A DNA stretch of 64,000 nt from Octopus vulgaris (taxonomy: Eukaryota): contig OX597820.1 in the NCBI GenBank assembly GCA_951406725.2, forward strand, positions 98,332,001 to 98,396,000, in the 5' to 3' direction. Below, in pieces: positions 39,781 to 54,399 of this stretch. Position 1 is the first letter of the stretch; the number at the start of each line of letters is the position of its first letter. Made by a program: the position numbers and the translations under genes. Below the pieces are notes generated by a model. That model was not told the DNA's origin and did not search any database. It saw nothing but the letters and a program-made list of their open reading frames with translations.

Positions 39781-40239
39781 GTGTGTGTGTCTTTGTATAA
39801 TATTTATATTTGCTGCCTGTGCATGTTTTGTAGTCTTATCGAGTATGTATAAATGTATATCAATATAGGGGTTCTGTTGACATATTCAACAGCAGGTCAA
39901 CGTACTTTAACGTCTCAAAGTATACAAAACGCATTGAACAATGTAGCCCTACACATGTTACCAATATGGCTGAATGTAATGATACAGGTTACCAAACGCC
40001 CTTGCCTTGGGCAATTAAATCACTGCTCTGCTGTATTTGCCCTAGTCAGAGCAAAAAAAACTGAAGGAGAAAACCTAAATTCTAACCCTGGTACGTGGCA
40101 ACATTAAGGGATTAAGGGCGTATGTTTACTTAGAGTTTTTGCAATATCTTTCATTCTGTCATTTTAGGTCTACAAATCAGACCTTTTCTTGTGAGCTAGA
40201 AACAGTTATTCCTCTCCTATTTGCGATCGCTACTAATGC

Positions 40240-41145
40240 TAATATAAACACAGAAGCAGAAATTTCGAAGAGGTGATTTCATCGACCCCACTACTTGACT
40301 ACTTTAATTATCTTGCAGTGTTGAAAGGCAAAATTCATCATGGCGGTGTTTCAGCTTAAAACGTAAAGCGCCAGATGAACTATACTTTCTATTAATGACA
40401 CAAGGCCTGAAATTTGGCGGGAGGAGACTAGTCGATTACATCGACCCCAGTGTTTCACTCACTTGTACTTAATTTATCGACCCCGAAAAGATGAAAGGCA
40501 AAGTCGACCTCACCGGAATTTGAACTCAGAACGTAAAAGCGGACGAAATGCCGCTAAGCATTTTGCACGCGATTATGCCAATTCGCTGCCTTTAGTCCAA
40601 TGAAATATCGAAAGGTATTTTTGCATGATTCTCTAATGATTCTGCTAATCTAGGTACCTAATCCAACGGTAAAATATTTAAGTAGATCTTTTCATGTAGG
40701 TGAGAAACAAGCACAGGTCCTCCTGGTCGTTAGTAATCTGGTTTTAAACTAGTGACCCAGGGTCAAACACTTAGATAGATGTGGATTAAAAGTGTTCATC
40801 AATCCCAGAAATTCCCTTCACTCTTTTTAATCGACCACGGAGGATTAAAGAACCGAATGAAATATTGGTTTCAAATTTTGGCACAAGGCCTCCAATTTCG
40901 GAGGAAGGAACAGTCGATTACATCGACCCAAGTACTCAACAGGTATTATTTTAACGATCTCAAGAAGATGAAAGGTAAAGTCAACCTCGAAGGAATTTGA
41001 ACTCGGAGCGCCAAGACGAACGAAATGGCGCTAAGTATTTTGCCCGGTTTGCCAAAGATTCTGCCTGCTCACCACCTTAGTCGGATGAAATATTGCGAGA
41101 TATTTTGTCTGACGCTCTAACGATTCTGTCAACTCATCGCTTTAT
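40240..41145 (-). mobile_element. Stack of degraded family B SINE copies
   Basis: Repeated gtcgattacatcgacccc...gatgaaaggcaaagtcgacctc...gaatttgaactc; similar stacks at 50180-50370, 56500-56710 and 57770-59430. Confidence 0.8.
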
Positions 41146-41881
41146 AATAATGCTAAAATAAAAAAAAAAAAGAATTCTCTTGCCAGCAGCTATTGAAATA
41201 ATGTCCACGTTAACATGTAAACCTTCATACCGACTCGTTCGACGTCGGAGGTCATCATGAACTGAACCCATCAACGAAACGCATCAAAGAAATACCTGGA
41301 GAATAGTGATGACACAACACTATATGAGTAAGGATGCCGTCACGATCACTTGTGGTCGCCATTCTTAGCAACAGCAGCCACATTATTAACTGGAAACGCA
41401 ATCCTGGTCTGTGCCTAAACGACGGCAACAACAGCAAAAACATCAAGAAAAACAACTTTAGCTGTGAATTTAGCAAGATATTAAATGTTCGGGAAGTGTA
41501 AAATTCATGAAAACAAAACCGGGAAGGCGGTGTTTTCCTTCAAGCTGTGAAGGAAACCAAATGCCTTCCCCCCACCCTCGTTGGATGGATTACATCAGTA
41601 GTGCCAGCTTTTTTAACTAACACATGCTGTGCTTTGTATAAACATAGACCTAAATACAAGTAAACACAGTATAGATGTGTGTGTAAATACATACATATTA
41701 TTATACATATAGACATACATGTATAGGCAGTGCATCTACATTTACACTTATATCGCATGCATTTGTAGCATTTATGAATGCATTACATCAATGTATACAC
41801 AATGTATATGTATGTATTTACTTGTGTATATATATATATATATATATTTACATATGTGTGTCTATGTGTGTGCGTGTATAT

Positions 41882-41937
<56 letters not shown>

Positions 41938-41952
41938 TATATACATATATAT

Positions 41953-41993
<41 letters not shown>

Positions 41994-42487
41994 TACATAT
42001 ATATTCATATGTGCGTGCGTGTGTGTATGTATGTATATGTGTGTGTGTGTATATATGTATGTGTGTGATTCGTGCGCAAAATTTTGTTTAATTGGAAGTA
42101 TCTATTAAAGTATAATTATATGCATGAATACAAACATTTATGCATTAAGTACGTATCGGTTTGGTGTGGAGGAAGGGGCATATGGCGGATCTCCAAAACC
42201 AGTGACTTTTTTGGTGGTCTGCCTTTTACAGGGCTTCAACAGTTGCAACTTTACGTGTACAGGATGGGCATGTTCTAAGAGGGTGAATTCTAGAGCGAAA
42301 AATGTTCTGGAGAACAACAATTGGACAAATATCTTAGATTAGGTTCTTAGTCGGTGAACACTATATGGGTGGCGAGCGGAAGAATAACTAATTAAATGAG
42401 AGAAAATGGAGATAGTAGAAGGACCAGCAAGCTCTGAATGGTGGAGGCCGCTCTGATTGCTGTAAAGGAGACAATAGGCGGTGATTA

Positions 42488-42715
42488 AGGCGGTGAGCTG
42501 GCAGAAACGTTAGCACGCCGGGCGCAATGCTTAGCAGCATTTCGTCTGCCGCTACGTTCTGAGTTCAAATTCCGCCGAGGTCGACTTTGCCTTTCATCCT
42601 TTCGGGGTCGATTAAATAAGTACCACTTACGTACTGGGGTCGATGTAATCGATTTAGTCCCTTTGTCTGTCCTTGTTTGTCCCCTCTATGTTTAGCCCCT
42701 TATGGGCAATATAGA
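42488..42715 (+). mobile_element. SINE family B, full length
   Basis: ggcggtgagctggcagaaacgttag...tttagccccttatgggcaata. Confidence 0.9.
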
Positions 42716-43099
42716 ATTTAATAAGCGGTGATAGTACATAACAGAACCAAACATTTGAATGCGTTGAGAATTGATTTCCTTCAAATCGCTTAGATGACCC
42801 TTTTGAGTGATAGATTGTATGTCATTCATATCTATAGTAGTAGCACTGCCTTTATATGGGAGCAATATTCCTTTGCAGGACTTACGAAAGTATCATATAG
42901 TGAACTACGTTATTTCCTGGCCTGAAAGAGGTAAGCTAGTCCCCTTGGTGCAGTTATTGCTAGGTCATGAATATTACATCGCTAGCCGAGATCCTCACTT
43001 ATTTGTGAGTCCTAACAGTTGAAATTCCATTAAGGGAGTAAGCTGCACGTTGCCTAAAGATGATATCGTACAAGATTATTTCCCTGGTTTCTTTAATGT

Positions 43100-43313
43100 C
43101 TTTATCTCTTATTTGTTTCAGTTATTCGACTGCAGCCATGCTGGAAAAAACCACCTTCAAGCGTTTTGGTCGAACGGATCGATCCCAGCACGTTTTTTTA
43201 AAAAGCTTAGTATTCATTCTATCGAACTGTTTTGTTGAACTGCTAATTTACGGGAACGTAAACACGCCAACTCCGGTGTCAAACGGCGGTGGGATACAAA
43301 CACAGAAACAAAG

Positions 43314-43351
<38 letters not shown>

Positions 43352-43503
43352 TTGACGGGTTTCTTTCAGTTTCTGTCTACCAAATCCACTCACTCAGTTT
43401 TGGTCGGCCCGGGACTATAGTAAAATACACTTTTTCCAAGGTGCTACGCAGTAGGACCGAATCCGGAATCTTGGGAAAAGCTTCATACCACACAGCGGCG
43501 CCT
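43100..43503 (-). mobile_element. SINE family A, older diverged copy
   Basis: Degenerate match to the family A reverse complement. Confidence 0.75.
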
Positions 43504-43638
43504 GACCCTATATGTATTGATTTTAATTCTTTGCTAGCAAAGGAGACAAAGTTAGTATGATTCTATTTGGTATTGTCTTTTGAGGTATCTATTCATGAAG
43601 TCTGTACTGGTTTGTTGTATATGTGCTGTGTCTGGAAG

Positions 43639-43670
<32 letters not shown>

Positions 43671-44602
43671 ATGTGAAAGTATATGTATGCTGTGTGGAAG
43701 TATATACGTCTTGCGTGTGGAAATTTAGTGAAAAGCAAAGGGTGCTATCATGGGAGGTGTGGGTGTTGCTGCAGTTAATGGTAATTAAGTCTTTCATATT
43801 CTATTCGTATATGAAGTAAAATGCTTAAGGACAAAACATAACACACGACTCTAGTTCACACGGAGTTTTATTAGAACACACGGCTAATGTTCGAAATTTT
43901 CGCTCCAGAGAGATATTTGCATTTTAAAACCAGTTGAATGTTTTATTCAAATTCGTTGAGGGCGACAGCTGAACGATAATTGACACAAGAAAGCAGACGG
44001 GGGAGGGATCTAGGGTGCTGAGAAACGTGTGTGTTAATCAATGTTTTATCATTTGTTAAATGCCGAAAGCGTAAGAAATATGTTGATAGTTGGCATGGTT
44101 CAGTTGTCATCTCGTTTTGGGATATGAGACACAGAGGAACGTGTTTTGAGACATATTACGTGAGTGTAATGGAAGGGACCCTGTCAACATTGGTTGTTAT
44201 GCTGACTTGGAATGTATGTGTATCTTAGCGTGTATGTGCATCTGGTTGTGATCCAAGTTAAATGATGTGGAGACGTCTTGGAAGGTTTTAACTTATTGTG
44301 TGCCGTGTGCGATTAGCTACAAAGCGTGTAGTAAATATAGTGGGGATTTTTTTCTGGCAGTACTACTAAGGAAAGAGTCATATTGATTGAGAGATGCAGA
44401 GAAGGTGAGTTTCGAAAATTTGGTAGAGGTCCTTTCAGGAAGAAACCAATAAATTCGGCTTCAGTTTCTGTTGCATTGGTTGATAAAAACCGTTCGATTC
44501 TTGTGGCGGAGCCGGTCAGATTTTCCAAGCGTTTTAAATCGCATTCTGTGCTTTGATATTCATACTACTCCTTATATTCTCCTCGTCACTAATCTCTCTT
44601 AT

Positions 44603-44984
44603 GGAAGCACTCCGTCGGTTACGACGACGAGGGTTCCGGTTGATCCGATCAACGGAAGGGCCTGCTCGTGAAATTAACGTGTAAGTGGCTGAGCACTCCA
44701 TATACACGTGTACCCTTAACGTAGTTCTCGGGGATATTCAGCGTGACACAGAGAGTGACAAGGCCGGCCCTTTGAAATACAGGTACAACAGAAACAGGAA
44801 GTAAGAGTGAGAGAAAGTTGTGGTGAAAGAGTACAGCAGGGATCACCACCATCCCTGCCGGAGCCTCGTGGAGCTTTAGGTGTTTTCACTCAATAAACAC
44901 TCACAACGCCCGGTCTGGGAATCGAAACCGCGATCCTACGACCGCGAGTCCGCTGCCCTAACCACTGGGCCATTGCGCCTCCAC
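44603..44984 (-). mobile_element. SINE family C1 (tRNA-Arg-like head) with 12-bp target site duplication
   Basis: Minus head gtggaggcgcaatggcccagtggttagggcagcggactcgcgg...gtttcgattccc; TSD aatctctcttat at 44591-44602 and 44985-44996. Confidence 0.9.
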
Positions 44985-45561
44985 AATCTCTCTTATAGAT
45001 TAGTGGCGAAGAGAATATAATCTAATTATGAAGAGGCATCACTTTTTGGATAAAAGTTGAATAAATAATGTAGCATGGATAGCATAGAAGAGCTCTGGAT
45101 AAAGAGTTAGACATATGTGTTTAAGAAAGGAGGAAGGTTATGGATGGATTTCGATGGTCCTGGTATTTTTCGGTTGAGGTATTTAGAAGAGCACAGTGCG
45201 TTCTGTCATTGTTCGTTTCTTTCAAACACTGTGAACTTCACTAAAAGAAGCTTGAGCCAACTAGTGATATTGAATGGGGTGATGCAATGAGATTATATCA
45301 CTCCATTTGCACACAAAAGAATAGAAAATATGTGATCGGTCTACTTGTCAAATACAAATACTGCATTTCAAGGGCCATAAATGCATTCATAAAATAAGAT
45401 ATTACAAACTTAATTAAGTGGCAATCCATCGCTCTTCATACCTAGTCGCGCCCACGCAGAAATATATATATATATATATTTCTTTACTACCCACAAGGGG
45501 CTAAACGCAGAGGGGACAGACAAGGACAGAAATATATATATATCTGTGTGTGTACATTTGC

Positions 45562-45607
<46 letters not shown>

Positions 45608-45643
45608 ATGCGTGTATGCTTGTGTGTCTGTTTGTGTGTGCGC

Positions 45644-45693
<50 letters not shown>

Positions 45694-47176
45694 ATTTCGG
45701 TAAACAAATCTTGCTGGAGTCGGTAGTGCAACATCGTGAAATACGGTGTAGTTTGGTTTTCTTTTAGACTTGGGCAAGTTAGACTACACTCTATTCCTTC
45801 TTAGTAAGACAAAAGTAGCAAACAGTAAAAAGTTGCATAAATGAGATACTAGAAAATGCCTGCTATTTTATTTATAAGCTACCAGTTGATAAAAAGTAGA
45901 TCTGATCCCTACGGAATTTGAATTCTAAGCCCAGAGAACAGGAAAAGTTACCGCAAAGCAGTCTCACGTACGATCTAACAATTATCACAATTAACAGCAT
46001 TATGTAACGGTATTAGTTTCGGCATAAATAGGGCTTATATTTTACCAAAAGGGGGTACACTGCACCCCTCACTACCTACGACAATTAAGCAAATCTTGAT
46101 AAGGGTTAAAGAAAGCCGAAACTAGTCGATTCGATCTTACAGTCTGTTTGGTTGTAGCTATTTAGGATACATTTACATTGCGTTGTGGCCATATGTTTTT
46201 TAAACATATGGTTCAGAAACTCGTAATAATATACATTTACATCTGCATTAATACAGACGACTAAGTTAACTTTAATGACTATATCTCAGCAATAATATAT
46301 ACATATTTATACACATGTATATATACATAAATGTGACTGTAGGTGCATAAGCCTGTGCCAATGTATGCGTGTTTATACATACATACGTATGTACGTAGAT
46401 ACATGCATACATACATAAATACATACATATATACACACGTATACACACACACAAATATAGAAATATATATGCATGCAAGGATATATACGTGTATATATGT
46501 ACAAGTATATAATCCACGCACACACTCACACGTGCGTTGGGTATTACCCCTCCCCCAGATATCTTATTTCTATGTAACTGAACTTTTTCTTTGAGTATCT
46601 CTCCATTTTATCTAATTACTCCTTCTAAGCTCAATATTTTGCCATTTTATTCAGCTTTTTCACAATCTAGTTTTACACGTTGGTACATATTCTCTTCCAC
46701 TGCGAAATATTTTTTCACTTATACGCCATAGTCACTGACTTAGAGCATTTCATTAATAAATAGTAACTTTCACTTTCGAGTAACCATCCAATCAATTTTG
46801 CTGTAAACCGTTCGCATATGATTTCAGCATATTTCCAGTTGATAACACATAATATCAGATGTTCATGGTGTATATAAACAATCTCACACGTCAAAATTTT
46901 GGTTATAAAGCCTTCATTTCAGAAATAACACGTTGCCCAGAGCTTGCGTATTGATGGCAAGTATTTAGATATTGACTGCCGCTCCGATTTAATTAATTAT
47001 CCTAAATATAATGTTAATAATATTAAGCACTCCCCGCGTTCGGCTTAATGATTTTGTGTAATAGAATAATTTATATAACCACTGCCACGTATATATTTAC
47101 TGACATAGTATATGTTCTATCAATGTGTATGCGTTTCATGCGAGCACGATATATATATATAATACCTATAAATATG

Positions 47177-47309
<133 letters not shown>

Positions 47310-48975
47310 TATACACACACAGAGAAATATATACACATAAAAATTTAGGTTTGACACTTCTCCCCCTCTTTTGGACAATAATAGTGTAATATTTCAAGAA
47401 AGATTTTCTTTCTTGAAATTATTTGAAATTAAGTTAATTATATTAAAATGTCTTAATATAAAATGGATAAACAGAGGTCTTTTTGAAAGGAAAGGTCTGT
47501 GTAAGCGTTTTTCATTGCTTTCAACTATTCAAACACACGTGTTGTAAGGTAATCTATATAGAATTACTTGTTTTCGTGGCATTTCCCAATATTTCGGGAT
47601 TAGTCTCGGATTTAAAATACCTGTGAAGAATTTTTTTTTGCTTATTTACATTTTATAATCATGCATTTTCATTTCTTTATTTTGAAAAAAGGAGAATATT
47701 TTTCGTTTTGCATTTACACAAATGTCTAGACGTTCACTGCGTAGAACATTTTTAATAGATGGATCTTTTAACTATTGCTTTGCCTCCTAACATATTCAAT
47801 TGATTTTGAGGTTGCTTACCCGACATATACCCCCTTGCAGTAAAAGAGATATTTTGTACAACTCTTACTGGTATTAGCCTTCAAGTTGCAGAAATATCTA
47901 TGCATTCTTTGTAACAATTCCTGTTTTAATTCTAATATATATGACTATGTATTGTATATGCAAATTTTACAAAATTTCTCATATATGCTCTATCATTCAC
48001 GTAAAACCGTTAATATACGAGCACTTTCGTATTAGTGTTTATATATATATATATATGGAAAAAGGTCAAGGTAGAAAATGCTAAACTAATTTTATAACAA
48101 AAACATTTAAGGATAGGTTTCGGTCATTGAGACTTTTTCAACTCTAAATATGGAAAACAATTAAATTTGGGAAAAATTAAATGAAAAGTTTTGAAAGAAT
48201 ATTTGCATAGTATTCAAATACAAGGGGCATTTTCCTTGTTTCTGCCTGTCTCTGTCTCTTTTGTTTGCTCGTGTGGGTTCGTGGACGTTGTGAAGAGAAG
48301 ACGAAGAAGAAGAAGAAGAAGAAGAAGAAGAAGAAGAAGAAGAAGAAGAAGAAGAAGAAGAAGAAGAGATCAAGAAGAAGAAGAAGAAGAAGAAGAAGAA
48401 GAAGAAGAAGAAGAAGAAGAAGAAGAAGAAGAAGAAGAAGAAGAAGAAGAAGAAGAAGAAGAAGAAGAAGAATCCTTTCTAGTGTAGGCACAATACCTGA
48501 AATTTGAGGGAAGGGATTAAGTCGATTACATCGACCCTCCCTGCTTTTCCAGATGAGCCATCATTCCATATCCCAAAGACCGCACTTTCTTAATAACAAT
48601 CATTTACATAGTAATTTCCCTTTGTTTAACTGTCATTTTCATAGCATTTTTGTTTGTCTTAATAACTGACGAGATGCCGGAGCAGATTTCCGCCCCAACA
48701 TCCGAAACTCGGCGATGATTGTGGCAATCGAATAACTGCCACATATCATATTACATATATATGTACACGCTTGTGTGGGCGTTACAGATATAAATTAAAT
48801 ATGCTCATCAATAAAATATAAAAAATAGATGAAAAATTTACTGAAGTCAAGGTGTACTTCGTCGTATTTCACTAAAACATCGTATTTCAGGAAAATGTGG
48901 ATATTCTGAATAATATACGTCATCCTCCTGGATAAACTCTACATCGTAATATAAGTATATTTTGTTAATTCTTTG

Positions 48976-49035
<60 letters not shown>

Positions 49036-49141
49036 ATTTCTGCTGCTTTTAAATAAAGCATATTACTCTACCCCTGGTATTTGAGTACTCTTTTTTCCAC
49101 CTTGTTTCACATTTATGTGTTTACTCCAATATATATATATA

Positions 49142-49785
49142 TACGAGGGGGGACCCAAAACAAACTGGAATTTTGCAATATTATTTTGTTCACTTAGCTT
49201 TAGATGTTTACACTTTTATTGTCTTCAAAGTGTTCTGTATTTGAAGCAATACATCGATCCATTCACGTTTTTCACTACTTGAAGCAGTGCTGGAACTCTT
49301 GCGAAGTGATGTCTTTTAATATCTCCGTCGTTCTTTTCTTCACCGCTTCCACATCTGCAAATTCTATAGTACCAGCTTCCGTCATCAGTGATGACCTTCG
49401 AAAAAAGATCCGGATCAATTTCCAACTGTTTTTATTTCAGTTCACGACACGCACTCAGTCGTCACTGCTTTTGATAATCTGCGAGCAAGCTAAGCATAAA
49501 TTTTGCTGCAACTCTTTTATTCGCAATTCCTCGCTCAAAATTCGTTGGCAGGAGCTCCAGGATACAATGAGTTCATCCATTTTTCGTTGACGGTCCTCCA
49601 TGATCAGTTCATGAATTTTTAAGTAGTTTCATTTGTTTGGGAGGGCGACGGCTGCCCTGAACGAAGTTTGTCTTCAAACGACAAGTGACCATTCCTAAAG
49701 CGTGAAAACCACTCGTAAACTTGTGTTTTGCTCATGGCAGAATCTTTGTAAGCTGTTTGAAGCATGACAACTGTTTCGCCCGCCT
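49142..49785 (-). mobile_element. Internally deleted mariner transposon remnant
   Basis: TIR tacgagggggg...; minus peptides AMSKTQVYEWFSRFRNG, DPDLFSKVITDDGSWYY (first catalytic Asp region) and a C-terminal MDRCIAS segment. Confidence 0.8.
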
Positions 49786-49849
49786 TTTATATGTGAGTGT
49801 ATGTATATAAAATAAATGTGTGTGTGTGTACATATATAGATATACGTCA

Positions 49850-50154
49850 TTGTTGTTTGTTCCTTCTCGAGCCACGCCTGGCCCATAAGGGCCGGTTTCC
49901 CGGTTTCTTGGCGTATAGGTTCCCCACCTGGATGGGACGCCGGTCCGTCGCAGGTGAGCTGCAAGATGCAGGAGGAAAGAGTGAGAGAAAGTTGTGGCGA
50001 AAGAGTCAACAGAAGTTCGCCATTACCTTCTGCCGGAGCCGCGTGGAGCTTAGGTGTTTCGCTCATAAACACACACATCTCCCGGTCTGAGAGTCGAACC
50101 CGCGATCCCTTGACCGCGAGTCCGCTGCTCTAACCACTAGGCCATGTGCCTCCA
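49850..50154 (-). mobile_element. SINE with C1-type head and a different tail
   Basis: 49975-50154 matches 44800-44984; 49850-49970 (cttctcgagccacgcctggcccataagggccgg) is unrelated to the C1 tail. Confidence 0.8.
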
Positions 50155-51125
50155 CTCGATATACATCATAAAGACTTCAAATTTTGGGACAATGCCAGCA
50201 CTTTCAGGTAGGGAGCTAAGTCGATTACACTGAACTCAGTGTTCAACTGGTAGTTATTTCATCGACTCCGAATGGATGACAGGCACAGTCGACCTCCGCT
50301 GACTTTGAATTCAGAACGTAAAGATGGACGAAATGCCGCTAAGCATTTACCGATTCCCCAGCTCACCGCCATATTGATATACATCACATTAACACACATA
50401 CGTACAACGAAGCAAAACCAATAATAGATGTGTTTGCGTGTTTATTTATATATATTTCTGTGCGTGCCTGTGCAAGAATTTCTATGTATGTGTGCGCCAT
50501 AAGAGACAGATAGGTGTTTACATAGTCGTCTATATCCCTTGTTGCATACGCCCATGTGTACCAAACACTATATCATGTGAAACCGCATCAGATATACACA
50601 TGTACATGAGAGGGCGTAACTACTGATCACATCTGCAAAAAAAAAAAAAAGAGAACATATTTCAGTTGGAAAAAAAAAAGTTTTCTTATACTTTAAATAT
50701 CATCCTAAACACCAGTTTCTGTACGAAGTATATAAGGTGACATAAAATATAATATAAGAAAATCAGAAAGAAAATGTCCAGAGGGTACGCTGGGTGTGGA
50801 ATCAATCTGAGTAGACACAAAATCACTATTCGTCTGGTACCTGATTGTATAGCATCGTGAATTGAGTTTCACATGAATCAGTATTCATTGCACGCACGCA
50901 AGCACGCTCGCGTACACATCCACACACACATACACACACACACGCGCACACACACACACACACATCCACACACACACACACGCGCGCACGCACATACACA
51001 TGTTGCCGTTCTTATTAGTCCGATTACATTACGCTGATGTATGTAACACGGTCTTTAAAATATCATATACTTTAGGGTGGTAAGAATGGTCTTATTGAAA
51101 CACTGGAAATTATATAAAATAATTT

Positions 51126-51193
<68 letters not shown>

Positions 51194-51254
51194 CCGGAGT
51201 AAGCACATAAATGTGAAACAAGGTGGAAAAAAGAGTAATATGGTTTATTTAAAA

Positions 51255-51292
51255 CTGTCCGACGAACGGGAACGTGAAACTCTGAGTAACAG
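51255..51292 (+). ncRNA. Variant minimal hammerhead motif (CCGACGA core)
   Basis: ctgt-CCGACGA-acg ggaa cgt-GAAAC-tctga-GTA-acag; all three stems pair. Confidence 0.6.
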
Positions 51293-51338
51293 CTTTTGTT
51301 ATATTTCTGCTGCTTTAAAATAAAGTATATATATATAT

Positions 51339-51369
<31 letters not shown>

Positions 51370-51422
51370 CATACGTACATACACAGATATATGTGTGTGC
51401 GTGTGTGTGTATGTATATATGC

Positions 51423-51463
<41 letters not shown>

Positions 51464-52022
51464 GATATGTATATGTGTGTGCGTGTGTGTGAATGTATAT
51501 ATGTTTATATGTATATGTATATATATGCACACGCACATATATATACATACACGCACGCACACATTCACACACATACACAGACACACACATGTATATATAA
51601 TGAGGTAAAGAGATATGCCGTGGCTATATAACGACATATACAGACACATACGTGCGCTCACACACATATCCATGCATGCATACCTACAGTCTTAAACACT
51701 CACATGCCTATATCTTTTGTCATTAATCCTCAACTAGTTTTGTTCGTTAGACTGCAGCTATGATGAGAAAGTACCTTTAAGGATTGTTCGTTGCTGCAGA
51801 AATGATTCTCCCTGTCATTATTCTCTCATTTACAATCCAGGATATACCACAGTAGTCCTGGCTGAAGTTGATAACGCATGCACTACGTAACGAATTCTCC
51901 TCCGTTTAGCTTCACATCCGGCTGAAATTAGGTTTATATCGAAGTAGGCCGCGCTTTTAACCACTACGAGTTCGATTCCAGTGACCTGAATAATAATAAT
52001 AAGGATGATGATGATGATGATG

Positions 52023-52085
<63 letters not shown>

Positions 52086-52086
<1 letters not shown>

Positions 52087-52623
52087 GGCAGTGGCTCTCA
52101 TGGCTTCTGATCTTAACTGATTGGAAGTGTCATCATGTACACTGTTTTGTCTTGGTATAATAGATGGGCTACAGCAAATATTCTGCTCAATACCACAGAT
52201 TTGCTTGTCAGTTGTTTGACCATAACCAGTTGAGCATGTCCCTTAGTGGCTGACGATATGTGCTTCTCTGATCATGAGCAGAAGTAGTGGGGGAGCATCA
52301 TAGCCATGTGTTGAGAGGGATTCTTTGGGGTTTGAATAATTCACCTCTGGAAACATGGGTGGTTCTTTCAACATCCTTAAACAACCCTTATTCAGGGACC
52401 TTTTGAGTGGGATGGGTTACTCAACCTGAAGAAAATTCTAACTGGGCCCCACCTGCAAGGTCATGTGCTGTTTATCTTGATATGAGATCACCATGTCGCG
52501 CACATATGGTTGTGATGCATGTGCCTTGTGTACCCTTATCAGACGGGTAGTCATGATGGGTATATTGGGCTTCGTATATTTTACCCCAGTGTCACTTTGA
52601 TGGCATGCACTGCTCTCTCACTC

Positions 52624-52688
<65 letters not shown>

Positions 52689-53118
52689 CACAGATTTGCT
52701 TGTCAGTTGTTTGACCTTAACCAGTTGAGCATGTCCCTTAGTGGCTGACCATATGTGCATCTCTGATCATGAGCAGAAGTAGTGGGGGAGCATCATAGCC
52801 ATGTGTTGAGAGGGATTCTTGGAGATTTGGATAATTCACCTCTGGAAACATGGGTGTTTCGTTCAACATCCTTAAACAATCCTTACTCAGGGACCTTTTG
52901 AGCGGGATGGGCTACTCGACCAGAAGAAAATTCTAACAGGGCCCCACCTGCAAGGTCATGTGCTGTTTATCCTGATATGAGATCACCATGTCGCGCACAT
53001 ATGGTTGTGATGCATGTGCCTAGTGTACCCTTATCGGACGGGTAGTCATGATGGGTATACTGGGCTTCGTATATTTTACCCCAGTGTCACTTTGATGGCA
53101 TGCTCTGCTCTCTCACTC
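52086..53118 (+). mobile_element. Two tandem copies (52086-52623, 52683-53118) of the (TAA)n-inserted ~555-bp element
   Basis: Reverse complement of 3044-3598; both end tgctctctcactc then (aat)n and differ in 5' truncation. Confidence 0.88.
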
Positions 53119-53156
53119 AGTAATAATAATAATATGCTCACTCAATAATAATAATA

Positions 53157-54312
53157 TAACAACGAAGATTGCCACAATCGGCCTAGACACCTACCTGAAA
53201 AATCTCTGAGGACTGGATTTTAAAACTTGTCTCAAAATTTGGAAACAAGAAAGCATTATACTCAGTAACAAAACAGGCAAAGGAATATCTAAGTGAATTC
53301 CAAATACTACAAATTCCGGAATTAGACATACGAGAAACAAGCGCAGAAAAAGCTAAGCGCATGAAAACCAGTGCTAAAACTGCTGCCTTAGATATTCTGA
53401 CTGATAAATGGCAAGAAAATCCTCTCAATGACAAATACTCAAAGAGAGCGAATAATGCCGATGTTGATAAAGTCTTTACCCATCAATGGCTAATGGCTTC
53501 TGACTTTATCATACCTGCCCAAAATCAATGCCTACCGACAAGGAACTACCAAGCCAACATATTAAAGAACGGTAGCTTCCCCAACATGTGTATATCAACA
53601 ACAAAGTGCAGTCCTCTTGCGCCTACAGAGTATCTCAACAGGCATGATTGAACTGCACAATATATTTACTGGGTAATTTGTAAAAGCCTGGACTTGCCCC
53701 ATGATAAAAACTGGTGGGAACACAAACCACCTCCAGTGCTTGAAAATGATCATATCTCACTCGTCTGGAACTTCGCCATTCAAACTGACAGAAAGATAGA
53801 TGCGAATAGGCCAGACATCATATTGAAAGACTTCAAACAAAGAACATGCCTCCTCATTGATTTGACTGTCCCAATCTATATAAACGTATCTGTCAAGACC
53901 TACAAAAAACTGAGCAAGTATGAAGGTCTTGAAATAGAAATTAGCAAAATGTGGAACCTGAAGACTAAAACAATACCTGTTTTCATAGGTGCCCTGGGAA
54001 TGATAGCAAAAGGTGCTGATTGCTAGTTAGCTCAGATACCAGGTAACACCAAAATGGCAGAAATTCAAAAGATGGTGCTCATGGGAACTGCCATATCCTA
54101 CGCAAAATACTTTCTATGTAATCTCAAGTTTTAAAACAAGCACATAATTTTCTTATGGTTTCTTAAACATTCTCTAGAACAACACTATGTACAGAACCAA
54201 ATATATGGCACCTTAGGCATAACACCAACATGAACTTCCAACTTGTTTTCTCTTGAGGTCTCTGGGTGATACTTGGAGTCAACTTGTACAAATGTAAAGC
54301 AAAAGTCAAACA
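53157..54312 (+). mobile_element. 5'-truncated R4/Dong-type LINE, pseudogenised, (AAT)n tail
   Basis: THQWL, EYLNRHD, WWEHKP, LVWNFAIQTDRKIDANRPDIILKD, KLSKYEGLEIEISKMWNLKTKTIPV; stops and deletions. Confidence 0.9.
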
Positions 54313-54315
54313 ATA

Positions 54316-54399
<84 letters not shown>

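Noticed and set aside
40654-41260. Possible exon pair VPNPTVKYLSRSFHV + AAIEIMSTLTCKPSYRLVRRRRSS*
   Set aside because: Splice sites and phases are compatible, but the first acceptor lies in a degraded SINE and no homology is recognisable.
44900-44984. tRNA gene-like sequences with A and B boxes
   Set aside because: They are SINE heads continuous with SINE bodies, not full cloverleaf tRNAs.
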